Shown: piece by piece, positions 1-9,731 of the stretch
Layout of the letters: every line of letters begins with the position of its first letter
Numbering within the stretch: position 1 is the first letter of the stretch
Origin: Candidatus Latescibacterota bacterium
Lineage (GTDB): Bacteria; Latescibacterota; UBA2968; UBA8231
Reading direction: 5' to 3'
DNA: 64,000 nucleotides
NCBI GenBank assembly: GCA_965217585.1
Contig: OZ244561.1
Location: 4,960,001 to 5,024,000, forward strand
Made by a program: the position numbers and the translations under genes
The notes under the pieces: generated by a model
The model's input: only the letters and a program-made list of their open reading frames with translations
What the model was told of the DNA's origin: nothing
Databases searched by the model: none

Positions 1-959
1 AAAGACCCGGCGAGTGAGCCGACAAAGCCCATCGCCCCGGCTTGGATCAGGTAGATCAGGAAGGTCTGGCGGGCAGTGGCGCCGAGGCTGCGCAGCACGG
101 CGACGGTGGGCAGCTTCTGTTTGGTATAGACGTGGATGGCGCTGGCCACGCCCACCCCGCCGAGCAAGAGGGCGATAAAGCTGCCGAGGTTTAGGAAGCG
201 GTAGAGATTGCCCAAGGTGCGGCCGAGGCGTCGTTTGCGGTCGGCGATGGTTTCTACTCGTAGGCGATTGGCGCGGGTTTGCGGGCGGATGGATTGGGTC
301 AGGGCTCGGACATCGCGCTCGGCGGCAAAGCGAAAAAAGGCGGTGTAGGTGACGCGGCTGCCCTTTTGGATCAGGCGGGTGCGGTCGAGATAGTCCATTG
401 AGATGTAAACGCGCGGCTGTATATCGCTGAAGAGCGCGTTTTCGCCTGGGATGCGCAGCAACCGGCCGCCGATGCGGAAGAGCATATCGCCGATTTTGAT
501 CGAATCGCCGACGGCGGCCCCAAACTGTAGCATCAGCGCCTCGTCGACGAGGGCCTCGGGGCGGCTGCGGAAAATGTGCGCGGCTTCCGTAGGGGCGGTC
601 TTTAGTGCGCCGTAGAAGGGAAAGGGGCCGGTCAGGGCGCGGATCTGGGCCAGGCGGGTGCCCTCGCTCTTGGGCAGATAGACCATGGAGTTGAAGCTGA
701 CTTGGCGCGCCTGGGTGCCGCCGATGGAATCGATGAGTGATTCGGTGCTTTTCGCGAAGGGTTGGCGGCTTTCGAGGGTCATATCGGCACCCAAGAGGCT
801 GGCGGCTTGTTCGTCGATAGCCTCTTCGAGCGTGGCGCTGAGGCTGCCCATGCCGACCAAGGCACCGATGCCGATGGTGATTGAGGAGGTGAAGAGCAGG
901 AGTTTGCGGCGGTGGCTGCGGCTGTCGCGCCAGGCCATTTTGAGCAGCCAGGCGGTCAT
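1..959 (-). CDS. ABC transporter permease, FtsX/YbbP-like (3' part runs off window)
   Basis: Read manually: ATG at 959, MTAWLLKMAWRDSRSHRRKLLLFTSSITIGIGALVGMGSL...EQAASLLGAD; overlaps the stop of the ATPase gene (ATGA). Confidence 0.85.
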   Translation of the reverse strand, partial: MTAWLLKMAWRDSRSHRRKLLLFTSSITIGIGALVGMGSLSATLEEAIDEQAASLLGADMTLESRQPFAKSTESLIDSIGGTQARQVSFNSMVYLPKSEGTRLAQIRALTGPFPFYGALKTAPTEAAHIFRSRPEALVDEALMLQFGAAVGDSIKIGDMLFRIGGRLLRIPGENALFSDIQPRVYISMDYLDRTRLIQKGSRVTYTAFFRFAAERDVRALTQSIRPQTRANRLRVETIADRKRRLGRTLGNLYRFLNLGSFIALLLGGVGVASAIHVYTKQKLPTVAVLRSLGATARQTFLIYLIQAGAMGFVGSLAGS

Positions 960-1657
960 GGGGTAGTATCCTCAACGAGTTGGTCCGCGGCGACCCGGCC
1001 GCCCTGTAGGCGGATAATGCGCTGGGTGAGCCGGGCCAATTCTAGGTCGTGGGTCACTATAATCAGGGTCGTGCCCGCCGCCTCGTTGAGCTCGAAGAGC
1101 AGGTCCCACACCTGGCCGCTGGTGTCGTCGTCGAGATTGCCGGTAGGCTCGTCGGCGAAGAGGATCGTCGGGCGGTTGATAAAGGCCCGAGCAAGGGCCA
1201 CGCGCTGCTGCTCGCCGCCTGAAAGCTGCGCCGGGTAGTGGTGTAGGCGGTCGCCCAAGCCGACCCGGCCGAGCAGGTCAACGGCGCGGGCGCGGGCGTT
1301 TGCCTCGCGGCGCAATTCGAGCGGCACCATGGCGTTTTCGAGGGCGCTGAGGGTCGGGATGAGCTGGAAGTTTTGGAAGACGAAGCCGACCTTTTCGCTG
1401 CGCAACAAGGCTCGTTGATCTTCGTCGAGTCCGTCCAAACCGACGCCGCCGAGAGATACCGAACCCGAGCTGGCGCGGTCCAATCCGGCGCACAGGCCCA
1501 GCAGCGTAGTCTTGCCGCTGCCGGAGGGGCCGACCACGGCGCAGGTGGTTCCCGCCGCGATGGCGAAACTTACGTCGTCGAGGACGGTCAGGGCGTTTGG
1601 CTTTTCCCCGTAGGTTTTGGTCAGGTGGCTTACTTCCAGAGCAACCGCGTCGCTCAT
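956..1657 (-). CDS. ABC transporter ATP-binding protein, YbbA/LolD-like
   Basis: Walker A GPSGSGKT, LSGGEQQR signature, ADEPTGNLD, VTHD; start re-called at MSDAVALEV (ATGA overlap with upstream gene). Confidence 0.92.
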   Translation of the reverse strand: MSDAVALEVSHLTKTYGEKPNALTVLDDVSFAIAAGTTCAVVGPSGSGKTTLLGLCAGLDRASSGSVSLGGVGLDGLDEDQRALLRSEKVGFVFQNFQLIPTLSALENAMVPLELRREANARARAVDLLGRVGLGDRLHHYPAQLSGGEQQRVALARAFINRPTILFADEPTGNLDDDTSGQVWDLLFELNEAAGTTLIIVTHDLELARLTQRIIRLQGGRVAADQLVEDTTP

Positions 1658-2553
1658 TGTTGCTCCTCTTCGGGCTGGCGGTTCAGGATGCGTAGTAGGC
1701 GGTCGGGGTAGTCGGTGATTAGGCCATCGACGCCTAGGTCCAGATAGTGCTGCATGGCGTCGGGATCGTTGATGGTCCAGACGTGGACTTGGATGTTGTG
1801 GGCGTGGGCGCGGGCGATGAAGCGCTGGTCTATCAGGTTGATCTTGCCGAAGCGGGTCGGAAACTGAAAGGCCTGGCTGGTGGGGTGGTAAGCCGCGTCG
1901 AGCCTCAGCCAGTGGAGAAAGACAAAGGACAATCCTGCTGATGAAGGAGCCGAAGTCGCTACTTCGGGGCAAGTCTGGCGCAAGCTGGCTAAGGGGCGGC
2001 TGCGGAACGAGGCGGCGGTGACGCGGTCGTTTAGCTCGAAGCGCCGGATCGTGCGGCAGAAGTCGCTTACTAAGTCGGCAGAGTCGTCTTTGATTTCGAT
2101 GAGAAAGCGCATGTTGGGAAAGGCTGTAAATACCTCGTCTAAGGTGGGGATTGCGACCCCTTGGCCGCGATAGGGAAAGGTTTGGCCGTCTGGACTGAAA
2201 TGGTAGCCGGCGTCTAACTGTTTCAATTGGGCTAGGCTCAAGCTATCGGCTGCGCCTTGGCCGTTGGTCGTGCGGTCAACGCGCTGGTCGTGCAGGACGA
2301 TGAGTGCGCCGTCGCTGCTTTGGCGCAAGTCCATTTCTAACACATCGACCCCCAACGCGGCCGAGCGGGCAAAGGCCGTCAGCGTATTTTCCGGTGCCAG
2401 CCCTTTGCCGCCTCGGTGGGCAATGACCAAAACGTCCCCTGATGCAAAGTAGGGATGCGGCTCCACGGGGTGCGATGTTAGGGCGAAAGCACCGTACAAC
2501 ACCGGTGCCAAAAGCAGCAAGGCGATCAGGGCCCGCTTGAGGTATAGACGCAT
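1654..2553 (-). CDS. Glycerophosphodiester phosphodiesterase with N-terminal membrane anchor/signal
   Basis: IAHRGG..APENT, EMDL...D..LIVLHD, IEIK, HVWTIND, GVDGLITDYP. Confidence 0.92.
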   Translation of the reverse strand: MRLYLKRALIALLLLAPVLYGAFALTSHPVEPHPYFASGDVLVIAHRGGKGLAPENTLTAFARSAALGVDVLEMDLRQSSDGALIVLHDQRVDRTTNGQGAADSLSLAQLKQLDAGYHFSPDGQTFPYRGQGVAIPTLDEVFTAFPNMRFLIEIKDDSADLVSDFCRTIRRFELNDRVTAASFRSRPLASLRQTCPEVATSAPSSAGLSFVFLHWLRLDAAYHPTSQAFQFPTRFGKINLIDQRFIARAHAHNIQVHVWTINDPDAMQHYLDLGVDGLITDYPDRLLRILNRQPEEEQQ

Positions 2554-2681
2554 GGATTATGTAGGGGTTCTATCGGGAAAGTAGGGCAAGAAGATACCTA
2601 GCGGCTGGATTCGGGCAAGTTTTGAACTGTCCGGTTCTTCTTTATGTTCACCGCTGCATAGACAATGGAAAGGAGCCGTCA

Positions 2682-3497
2682 ATGATCGTCGATACACACG
2701 CACATATTTACCACGGAGACGAGACGCAATACCCCATGATAGAAGACCCCTTCCGCCCGTCGTCGGGCATAGGGACCATCGAACACTTGCGGCGCGAAGC
2801 TCAGGCCAATGGCGTCGGGCGCGTGGTGTTGATCCAGACCGGGTCGGCCTATCGCTGGGACAATCGGTTGTTGGCCGATACGGCTCGGGCCAATGCCGAC
2901 TGGACGGTCGGGGTTTGCACGTTGGACCCGGCTGGGGACGATAGCCCTGACGAGCTGGAGCGGCTGGTGACCGCATACAACGTCAAGGGAGTCCGCCTCG
3001 AAGCCGCGCCCGCGGGGTACGACCAGCCTGGGGCGGAGCGGCTCTGGCGTCGGGCCGGTGAAGTCGGCGCGGTAATTTGCGCCCATTTGCGCCGGGAGCA
3101 ACTCGGCGAGTTGGCAGCTTTGCTAGCGCGATTCCCCCACGTCCCGGTGGTGCTGGACCACTGCGCCTATCCGGTGGCGGCTAACGGGATCGAGGACACG
3201 GCAGTGCGTCAAACAGCGGATTTGGCGCGCTTTGACCAACTCCACGCCAAGCTAACCTTTGCGGTGACTAGCTCACAGCAGGAGTACCCCTTCGCCGATA
3301 CGCACCCGCAGCTACGCCACTTGCTCGCAGCTTTTGGTCCCGAGCGCTGTATCTGGGGATCGGATTTCCCGTGCGAGCACTGGTTGGAAAACACGACCTA
3401 CGCCCAGCATTTGGCGGTGTTTACCGAGGAATTGGGGCTGAGTGCGGCGGAGCGGGAGCAGGTGTTAGGGGGGACGGCTATGCGGCTGTTTTTTTAG
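2682..3497 (+). CDS. Amidohydrolase_2 family protein
   Basis: DTHAH, VVLDHC, FGPERCIWGSDFP; AGGAG upstream of ATG 2682. Confidence 0.88.
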   Translation: MIVDTHAHIYHGDETQYPMIEDPFRPSSGIGTIEHLRREAQANGVGRVVLIQTGSAYRWDNRLLADTARANADWTVGVCTLDPAGDDSPDELERLVTAYNVKGVRLEAAPAGYDQPGAERLWRRAGEVGAVICAHLRREQLGELAALLARFPHVPVVLDHCAYPVAANGIEDTAVRQTADLARFDQLHAKLTFAVTSSQQEYPFADTHPQLRHLLAAFGPERCIWGSDFPCEHWLENTTYAQHLAVFTEELGLSAAEREQVLGGTAMRLFF

Positions 3498-4225
3498 CGC
3501 CGCCGCCAGAGCGAGGGACGCGCCGCCTTATAATACTGGTCTAACCGCTCGGCTAGATCGGCGGGCAAGGGCGTCAGGGGAGCAAGTGCCGTGCGTACTT
3601 GGGCTTCGGCTGCGGTGAGGTCTGAGGCCTTAAGCTGCAAGCCGGCGGGTACGTGCCGCGAGAAGGCCACTTGTTGGTTGAGCCGTTCGACGCAAGCGTT
3701 GGCTTGGCGCAGGGAGCCTAGGTACTCGGCGATGGCGACTTCGATGCGGCGGTTGTACGCGGCGACGAGTTCGGCTAGGCGTCTGGCACCGTCGAGAAAG
3801 GCGCGACGGGCGGGCAAGGGCGCATCCTCTGGTGCGGAGAAATATTCGGGCCAAGTCGCTAGGCTGAGGGCGGCCAATGCGGTTGGGCGGTCGGGAAAGA
3901 AGCGGCATAGAGTAGGAGCTTGAGCACAAATTTTGGCCTTTAACGCCGACAGGTAGTCCTTTTGCGTCGCTAGTGTTTGGCTGGCTTGGGTGTGGAGCTG
4001 TTCGGCGTCGCGGCGGTCCTGCAAGGCTTGGGGCAAAACCGCGTTGTCCTTGAGCAGCTTGCTGGCGATGCGGTGTTCGGGGCCGCTGGCAAAGTAAGCG
4101 CTCAGGTCGAGGGGTTGCCCTTTGCCGGGCAGCGCGGCAAAATCCTCGCCGGCGATGGCTTGGGCCAACAGTTCGTCAACGCTGCGCCATTCGGGGTGGC
4201 CGTCGGGCTGGCGTCGGGGCGGCAT
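3494..4225 (-). CDS. DUF1992/DnaJC28-like domain protein
   Basis: VDELLAQAIAGEDFAALPGKGQPLDL...SKLLKDNAVLP followed by helical region. Confidence 0.7.
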   Translation of the reverse strand: MPPRRQPDGHPEWRSVDELLAQAIAGEDFAALPGKGQPLDLSAYFASGPEHRIASKLLKDNAVLPQALQDRRDAEQLHTQASQTLATQKDYLSALKAKICAQAPTLCRFFPDRPTALAALSLATWPEYFSAPEDAPLPARRAFLDGARRLAELVAAYNRRIEVAIAEYLGSLRQANACVERLNQQVAFSRHVPAGLQLKASDLTAAEAQVRTALAPLTPLPADLAERLDQYYKAARPSLWRRR

Positions 4226-4476
4226 GGAAAGCTCCTTTACTTTCGTTCGCAGACGTAATCGAAGACAACGACCGCTACATGGGCGCAAACGGCCAGTGGC
4301 GGTACTTAGCAGCTTGCTCTTTCTCTTGCACGATGGCGCGACTTAATAAAAATAAACAGCGGCCCAAGATGAGTAAATCTCTTGTTGCGGTCGCGGCCAA
4401 AGGAGTTGCACGATGGCGACACAGTGGATTCTAACCCGATGTGCTCTTTCAAGTCGCCGACCTGATGGAGTCTGAT

Positions 4477-5325
4477 ATGGGCGCGGTGGCAGTCATTGGC
4501 TCGGCGACGATTGACCGAGTGGTGCAGGGCGGCGTGGGCGCGTATAAGCGCGGGGGAGTGGTCGCGTATGCTGGGCTGACCTTTGCCGAGTTGGGCGTAC
4601 AGACTCGGGTGTTGACCAACGTCGCCGAGGCCGACCGGGCGATGCTGGCGGTGTTGCAGCAACGGGGTATTGCAGTCTATGTGGGCCAGAGCGCGGCGAC
4701 GACCTGTTTTGTCAACTACGTCGATGGCGACGCACGGCGTCAGGATTTACTCGCTTGCGCCGCGCCGATTGCCGCAGCGCAGCTCGGGCCGGTACTCGCC
4801 GGTGTGGAGCACGTGCATTTGGGGCCGCTACATCCCCATGATCTGGCCGAGGATGTGCTGGCGGCGATGGACGGCGTGGTGAGCTTGGACCTCCAAGGCT
4901 ATGCGCGACGGATTGAGGGGACGCGGGTGTACCAAGGGGTTACTGGAGGTTTGTATGCCGCCCTGCAACGCGCGGATTATGTCAAAGCGGGCAACGATGA
5001 ATTAGAACTCGTGCTCGCCGATTGCGGTCTGACGCTGGAACAGTTGATGCGCGATTACTCGGTAGCAGAGTGGGTCGTCACCGAAGGATCGCACGGTGGC
5101 TGGGTCGCAAATCGTCAGGGACAGCGGACGAAGTTTGCGTCGGCTCCGGTGGCGACAGTGGCTGATCCCACGGGAGCCGGGGACGTGTTTTTCGCCGCGT
5201 ATATAGCGCATCGCCTGCATCGAGGGGCGGGGATTGCTATGGCTGCTCAACGCGCTGCGGCGTTGGCTGCGCGCCACGTGGGGGGCGGTTTTATCGACGC
5301 GGTAATGTTGCGTTTGGAGGGTTGA
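4477..5325 (+). CDS. PfkB/ribokinase-family carbohydrate kinase
   Basis: GG motif, VVTEGSHG, DPTGAGDVF; GGAG upstream of ATG 4477. Confidence 0.88.
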   Translation: MGAVAVIGSATIDRVVQGGVGAYKRGGVVAYAGLTFAELGVQTRVLTNVAEADRAMLAVLQQRGIAVYVGQSAATTCFVNYVDGDARRQDLLACAAPIAAAQLGPVLAGVEHVHLGPLHPHDLAEDVLAAMDGVVSLDLQGYARRIEGTRVYQGVTGGLYAALQRADYVKAGNDELELVLADCGLTLEQLMRDYSVAEWVVTEGSHGGWVANRQGQRTKFASAPVATVADPTGAGDVFFAAYIAHRLHRGAGIAMAAQRAAALAARHVGGGFIDAVMLRLEG

Positions 5326-5334
5326 CTGCTGTGT

Positions 5335-5369
5335 TCAGCACTCGGCGCAGACCGCTCCCACATACCGCC
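5335..5369. repeat. Degenerate direct repeat of the phyH (7009-7857) 3' end; partner copy 7009-7038
   Basis: TCAGCACTCGGC exact at 5335-5346 and 7009-7020, followed by ACCGC and (A/G)CCGCC in both. Confidence 0.6.
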
Positions 5370-5370
5370 C

Positions 5371-5706
5371 TTACAGCAGGCCGCACCGAGTATCCGCCCG
5401 ATCTCGTCAAACAACCGTTGGCAATGACAGCATCGTGCCTTCACCTTCTCTGCGTCAACCCGTTTCAGCAGATCGCTCGCATGTCTGATCTTGTGGTAAC
5501 ACCGCATTGTCACTGTTATTGACGGCATCTCGAAAGCGTTTGAATGTCTCATTGCGTGTGCCGTAACAGGCCAACTTCCAGGATAGCTCCTTATTTCTGG
5601 CCGCTTCCTTAAGCGGCTGAAGGAACCTTTCCATCCCTTGGCGAAGAGTCGTCTTGGTTGCATTACCGTCACCACCGCCTTCCATGTAGATAGCAATACC
5701 GCTCAC
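5371..5706 (-). pseudogene. DUF4276-like gene with internal deletion and frameshift
   Basis: GTG overlaps ATPase stop; N-terminal part SGIAIYMEGGG...LRQGM..FL..LKEAAR..WKL..G.RN joins out of frame at about 5500 to C-terminal part YHKIRHASDLLKRVD..KVKARC.HCQRLF; central region absent. Confidence 0.7.
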
Positions 5707-6947
5707 GGGTTGGCCCCAAGCTCGCCCATCCGCCACAGGTCGCCGAGTAGATAGTCGTCTAACCAACTGGCGAGCTTTTCGGGATCAAGGCGGCGCAACA
5801 CGGTGCCAGCTCCTGGCCGCTCGCAGGCGACGATGGCGGCCGGCTGATTGGTCAGCGCCGACACAAGGGCGTCGGAATGCGTCGTGACCACAAGCTGCAT
5901 CCGTTGGGAGGCTTCGACGAGCAGGTCGGCGAGTAGCGCCACCGTGTCGGGATGCAATCCGAGCTCTGGCTCCTCTATGCAAACCAACGACGGCGGCTCT
6001 GGGGCCAGCAGAGTCGCCAGCAGCGCGATGAATCGGATGGTGCCGTCGGACAGCCGGGTTGCGGGAATCGGCGCACGGAAGCCGGATTCGTGCAGATAGA
6101 ACTGCACGGTGCCACCTGAGATCACGGTAGATATGCGCTCGAACCGGGGAAAGAAGTGTTTCAGATGCTCGTTGAATATCAGGCCGGACGTGTGCTCAAT
6201 CTGGTGGAGTACTAGCGCGAGATTGCGGGAGTCGGGGAGTAGCCTTTGCTCCGGAAGATCGGCTTGCTGCGGCTGTCGCAACGCGCTGTAACGGCCGAAC
6301 GTCCACTCGCGGAACGTCTGTATTAACTGGAACTGCCACCCGAGCCAATAGAGTTCCGGATAGAGATCCCGATCCTTGCGCTGCTCAAGAACGGATTGAT
6401 CCAGTGAGTGATCGTCCCATTGCAATTTTCGTTCCTCGGTTCGTCCATCCGGTGTCCGTACGCGAATGTAGATCGTTGGGTGCCCTTGTTGGAACGTGTA
6501 GTAGAAGTACGGCTTGACCCCCTGCTGGGTATTCACCTTCTCGATGGACTCGGCAATGATATTGACTCGGGATCTGATAGCGGTAAACGACAGACGATAT
6601 TTTAATGGTCGGACGATTCTCTGACCTCGACTCATTTCGACTTCTATGGTCGAGGCCTTGGGAGACAAGCTCAATACATCTGCCGGGTCTCTGCCCCTCA
6701 TTACTTCTTCAATCATATGCTTGGTATAATCGCCTTTCCACACCCACTCCGCCGCGCCGCCCCCGTCCTGGATTGCGGCGGCAAAGTTCGTTGGCGTGGC
6801 GCACAGGAGTTCCAGCACCTCGATGAAGTTCGTTTTTCCCGAGGCGTTCGGACCGATAAGGACGTTCAATGGTTGCAATTCAAAGAAGTCCATATCTGGA
6901 GGGAACGACAGCAGGCCGCCCATGCGAAGGCGTTGGATGAATTGCAT
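5703..6947 (-). CDS. AAA_21/AAA_15 ABC-type ATPase (defence-associated type)
   Basis: NVLIGPNASGKTN, LSDGT, CIEEPELGLHP, VVTTHS. Confidence 0.88.
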   Translation of the reverse strand: MQFIQRLRMGGLLSFPPDMDFFELQPLNVLIGPNASGKTNFIEVLELLCATPTNFAAAIQDGGGAAEWVWKGDYTKHMIEEVMRGRDPADVLSLSPKASTIEVEMSRGQRIVRPLKYRLSFTAIRSRVNIIAESIEKVNTQQGVKPYFYYTFQQGHPTIYIRVRTPDGRTEERKLQWDDHSLDQSVLEQRKDRDLYPELYWLGWQFQLIQTFREWTFGRYSALRQPQQADLPEQRLLPDSRNLALVLHQIEHTSGLIFNEHLKHFFPRFERISTVISGGTVQFYLHESGFRAPIPATRLSDGTIRFIALLATLLAPEPPSLVCIEEPELGLHPDTVALLADLLVEASQRMQLVVTTHSDALVSALTNQPAAIVACERPGAGTVLRRLDPEKLASWLDDYLLGDLWRMGELGANP

Positions 6948-7008
6948 CGGATTAGCCCTCCTTAAACGGTGCTAGGTCGTGATTGCAAAGGTCAGATTGA
7001 AGTAGAGC

Positions 7009-7857
7009 TCAGCACTCGGCACCGCGCACTTCGCCGCCGAAATGCTGCATGCGCTCATCGGTGTCGATTTGACCAGCGCTGGCGGGTCGGTAGTGCAGTT
7101 GCAGGGCGCGGCGCATTTTTTGCGAGGGGTTGGTCGGGCTGCCGTGGTGGGTCATGCCGTGCCAGAGCAGGCAACCGCCAGGGGCGAGGGGCACGACGAT
7201 GTCGCGCTCGGTCTGGACATCGGTGTCGCAGATCTGCCAATCGCGGCGCTTGAAGTGATTGACCGGACCCTCGCGGTGGGTGCCGGGCAAAATGTGCAGA
7301 CAGCCGTTTTCCGCGCTGGCGTGGTCTAAGGAGATCCAAACGCCAATGATGGGAGTGCCCAAGGGATAGTTGAAGTACGCGCAGTCTTGGTGCCAGGGTT
7401 TTTCACGGCCCCCAGGCGGCTTGAGCAGGGCCATCTCTTGGAAGAGAACGGGCGTGTCGCCCATCAAGCGGGCGAGGACGTCCAAGAGATCCGGGTCGGC
7501 GGCCAGCGGCTGAAAGCGCACATCCCAATCGACGAACTTCATCAGCTTGCGCACCGCCTCACGCCGCGCTGCGCCCGTCAGCTTTTGGCCCTGCGTGGAG
7601 GCTTCGAGTTGGACGCCGCGAAATTCGGGCTGTTTGCCGTCAATTAGGTCGTACACCGCGTCGCCAGCGTCGGCGACTTGGGCCGGAGAAAACGCCTCTG
7701 CTACCGCGAGGTAGCCCTGCTGGTGAAAGAAGGCTAGCTGCTCGGGGCCGATGTCGGCGAAGCGAGCAACCTGCTGGGCCTCAGTGTCGTAGCGGTAGAG
7801 GTCTGGGGCGTAGTCGGCAAAGACGCCGTCGTCAATGATCGGTTGGGTGCTGGTCAT
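7009..7857 (-). CDS. Phytanoyl-CoA dioxygenase (PhyH) family Fe/2OG dioxygenase
   Basis: FFHQQGYL, KPPGG..KPWHQD, WISLD....ENGCL..LPGTH, HGS..N.S...RRAL. Confidence 0.92.
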   Translation of the reverse strand: MTSTQPIIDDGVFADYAPDLYRYDTEAQQVARFADIGPEQLAFFHQQGYLAVAEAFSPAQVADAGDAVYDLIDGKQPEFRGVQLEASTQGQKLTGAARREAVRKLMKFVDWDVRFQPLAADPDLLDVLARLMGDTPVLFQEMALLKPPGGREKPWHQDCAYFNYPLGTPIIGVWISLDHASAENGCLHILPGTHREGPVNHFKRRDWQICDTDVQTERDIVVPLAPGGCLLWHGMTHHGSPTNPSQKMRRALQLHYRPASAGQIDTDERMQHFGGEVRGAEC

Positions 7858-8087
7858 GTTTGTTCAGCCTCGTCTTCCTCGTCCGCTGACTGGTCCCGGA
7901 CCAAGATTGCCATGGGAATCAGTACGCAGTAGCCGACGACTAGGAGTACCGGCGCTAGGGTGAGGGAGAGGAAACCCTCGGCCGGAGGAATGCGCAAAAA
8001 CACATAGCCGAGCAAGATCACGGCTAAGCCGGCTATGGCCAAGGACCAGTTTTTGCGCGTAAAAGGCAGGTCCCCGCGTTGGGCCAT
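7854..8087 (-). CDS. Small two-TM membrane protein, DUF3098-like
   Basis: LPFTRKNW.L...GL.VILLGY..L...SLTLAPVLLVVGY.VLIP.AI. Confidence 0.75.
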   Translation of the reverse strand: MAQRGDLPFTRKNWSLAIAGLAVILLGYVFLRIPPAEGFLSLTLAPVLLVVGYCVLIPMAILVRDQSADEEDEAEQT

Positions 8088-8101
8088 GGCGTGGCCCCCT
8101 C

Positions 8102-8455
8102 TTACCGCGTCCCCTTTTGGGGGATGCGGGCGGCGCGACCTTTGCGACCGCGCAGGTAAAAGAGGCGTGCCCGGCGCACCCGGCCCTCGTGCAGGCGCTC
8201 AATCTTGGCGAGGCGCGGCGAGTGCAGGGGAAAGATGCGCTCGATGGCGATGCCCTGAGAGATCTTGCGCACGGTAAAGGTCTCTTGAATGCCGCTGCCT
8301 TTGCGCTGGATGACGGTCCCTTCAAAGACTTGGGTGCGCTCCTTGTCACCCTCGATGACCCGCACGTGTATGCGCACGATGTCACCGGCACCGAATTCGG
8401 GGAGATCGGTTTTGAGTTGGTCCGAGGTTAGCTCGCGCAGGATGCTCGTATCCAT
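8102..8455 (-). CDS. rplS: 50S ribosomal protein L19
   Basis: PEFGAGD.VR.HVRVIEGDKERTQVFEG.VI..., VRRARLFYLR. Confidence 0.97.
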   Translation of the reverse strand: MDTSILRELTSDQLKTDLPEFGAGDIVRIHVRVIEGDKERTQVFEGTVIQRKGSGIQETFTVRKISQGIAIERIFPLHSPRLAKIERLHEGRVRRARLFYLRGRKGRAARIPQKGTR

Positions 8456-8471
8456 TGTATCACCTTGTTTG

Positions 8472-9212
8472 TTACGGGGCTTCTTCCAGCCCTTGCTCGT
8501 GCCAAGTGGCGATGAGCTGTTGTTCTTCTTCGTCGAGTTCGATCTGTTGCAGCAAATCGGGCCGGCGCACAAACGTGCGCCGCAGGGCTTGGCGTCGCCG
8601 CCAATGCGCTACGCGCTCGTGATCGCCCGAAAGCAGCGCATCGGGGACGCGCTGGCCGCGGAATTCAACCGGTCGAGTGTACCAAGGGCAATCGAGTACG
8701 ATCTCTTGGAACGAGTCGTCCAAGGCCGAAGAAAAATTGCCCAAAACGTTGGGTATGAGCCGCACCACAGCGTCGATGAGGACGAGGGCGGCCGGCTCGC
8801 CGCCGGTGAGCACGTAGTCGCCGATCGAAATTTCTTGGTCGATAAGCCCGGTGCGGATCCGCTCGTCCACGCCTTTGTAATGCCCGCACAACAGCACCAA
8901 TCGCTCCTCGAGCGCCAGCTCGACGGCGAGGGCTTGGTTGAGCGGCTGGCCGTCGGCTGTCAGGTAGATACAGCGACCGGCCGCTAAGCTCTGCTCCTGC
9001 CAGAGCTGATACACGGGCTCGGGCTTGAGGACCATGCCGCCGCCGCCGCCGTAAGGCGCGTCATCCACGGTGCGGTGTTTGTCGGTGGCGCAATCACGCG
9101 GATCGTGGGTCTCGACGGCCAACAGGCCCCGGGCGATTGCGCGGGCCATCATGCTGGTCGCCAACGGCGAGGCGAAAAAATCCGGGAAAAGGGTTACGAT
9201 GTCTATTTTCAT
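8472..9212 (-). CDS. trmD: tRNA (guanine37-N1)-methyltransferase
   Basis: VDDAPYGGGGGMVLKPEP, LLCGHYKGVDER, SIGDYVLTGGE. Confidence 0.97.
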   Translation of the reverse strand: MKIDIVTLFPDFFASPLATSMMARAIARGLLAVETHDPRDCATDKHRTVDDAPYGGGGGMVLKPEPVYQLWQEQSLAAGRCIYLTADGQPLNQALAVELALEERLVLLCGHYKGVDERIRTGLIDQEISIGDYVLTGGEPAALVLIDAVVRLIPNVLGNFSSALDDSFQEIVLDCPWYTRPVEFRGQRVPDALLSGDHERVAHWRRRQALRRTFVRRPDLLQQIELDEEEQQLIATWHEQGLEEAP

Positions 9213-9718
9213 GGCTCGAATAGCTCTTCAACGCCCCGCACGACGACCCGACCCGGCGCGATTTCTACGATAAAGTCCCCGACGGCCGGCACGAGGGCTT
9301 CGCCTTTGGTGCCGCGGACTACGTAGGCATCTGTGCTCGGCATGGATACGACCTCGACGATGCGGCCCAATGGTTGTCCCTCCGGGCTGACGACCGCGCA
9401 ATCCACTAGGTCGTCGATGTAGTGCGTGCCTTCTGGCAGGGGATCGCGCTGATCTGGAGCGATGGTGACATAGCCTCCGACCAAAATTGAACGCGCCTCT
9501 TCAGGGGCGTCGATGCCAGCGAATTTGAGCAACAAGCTCTTGGCATCGACGCGCCAGCGCTCAAGTTCGAGCGGTCGGTCGGGTCGGCCCGCGCATTGGA
9601 GGACGACGTCCCGCAGGTCGCTGAAGCGCTCGACGCGGTGCGTGAGGGCCTCGGCCCGGACTTCGCCGCGCACCCCCCACGGGCGGGAGATATAGGCTAC
9701 GGCGACGCGCCCGGCCAT
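9209..9718 (-). CDS. rimM: 16S rRNA processing protein RimM
   Basis: PWGVRGEV, YIDDLVDC.V...G..LG.I, LVPAV..F; synteny between rpsP and trmD. Confidence 0.93.
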   Translation of the reverse strand: MAGRVAVAYISRPWGVRGEVRAEALTHRVERFSDLRDVVLQCAGRPDRPLELERWRVDAKSLLLKFAGIDAPEEARSILVGGYVTIAPDQRDPLPEGTHYIDDLVDCAVVSPEGQPLGRIVEVVSMPSTDAYVVRGTKGEALVPAVGDFIVEIAPGRVVVRGVEELFEP

Positions 9719-9731
9719 GCGGTTTGTCCCT

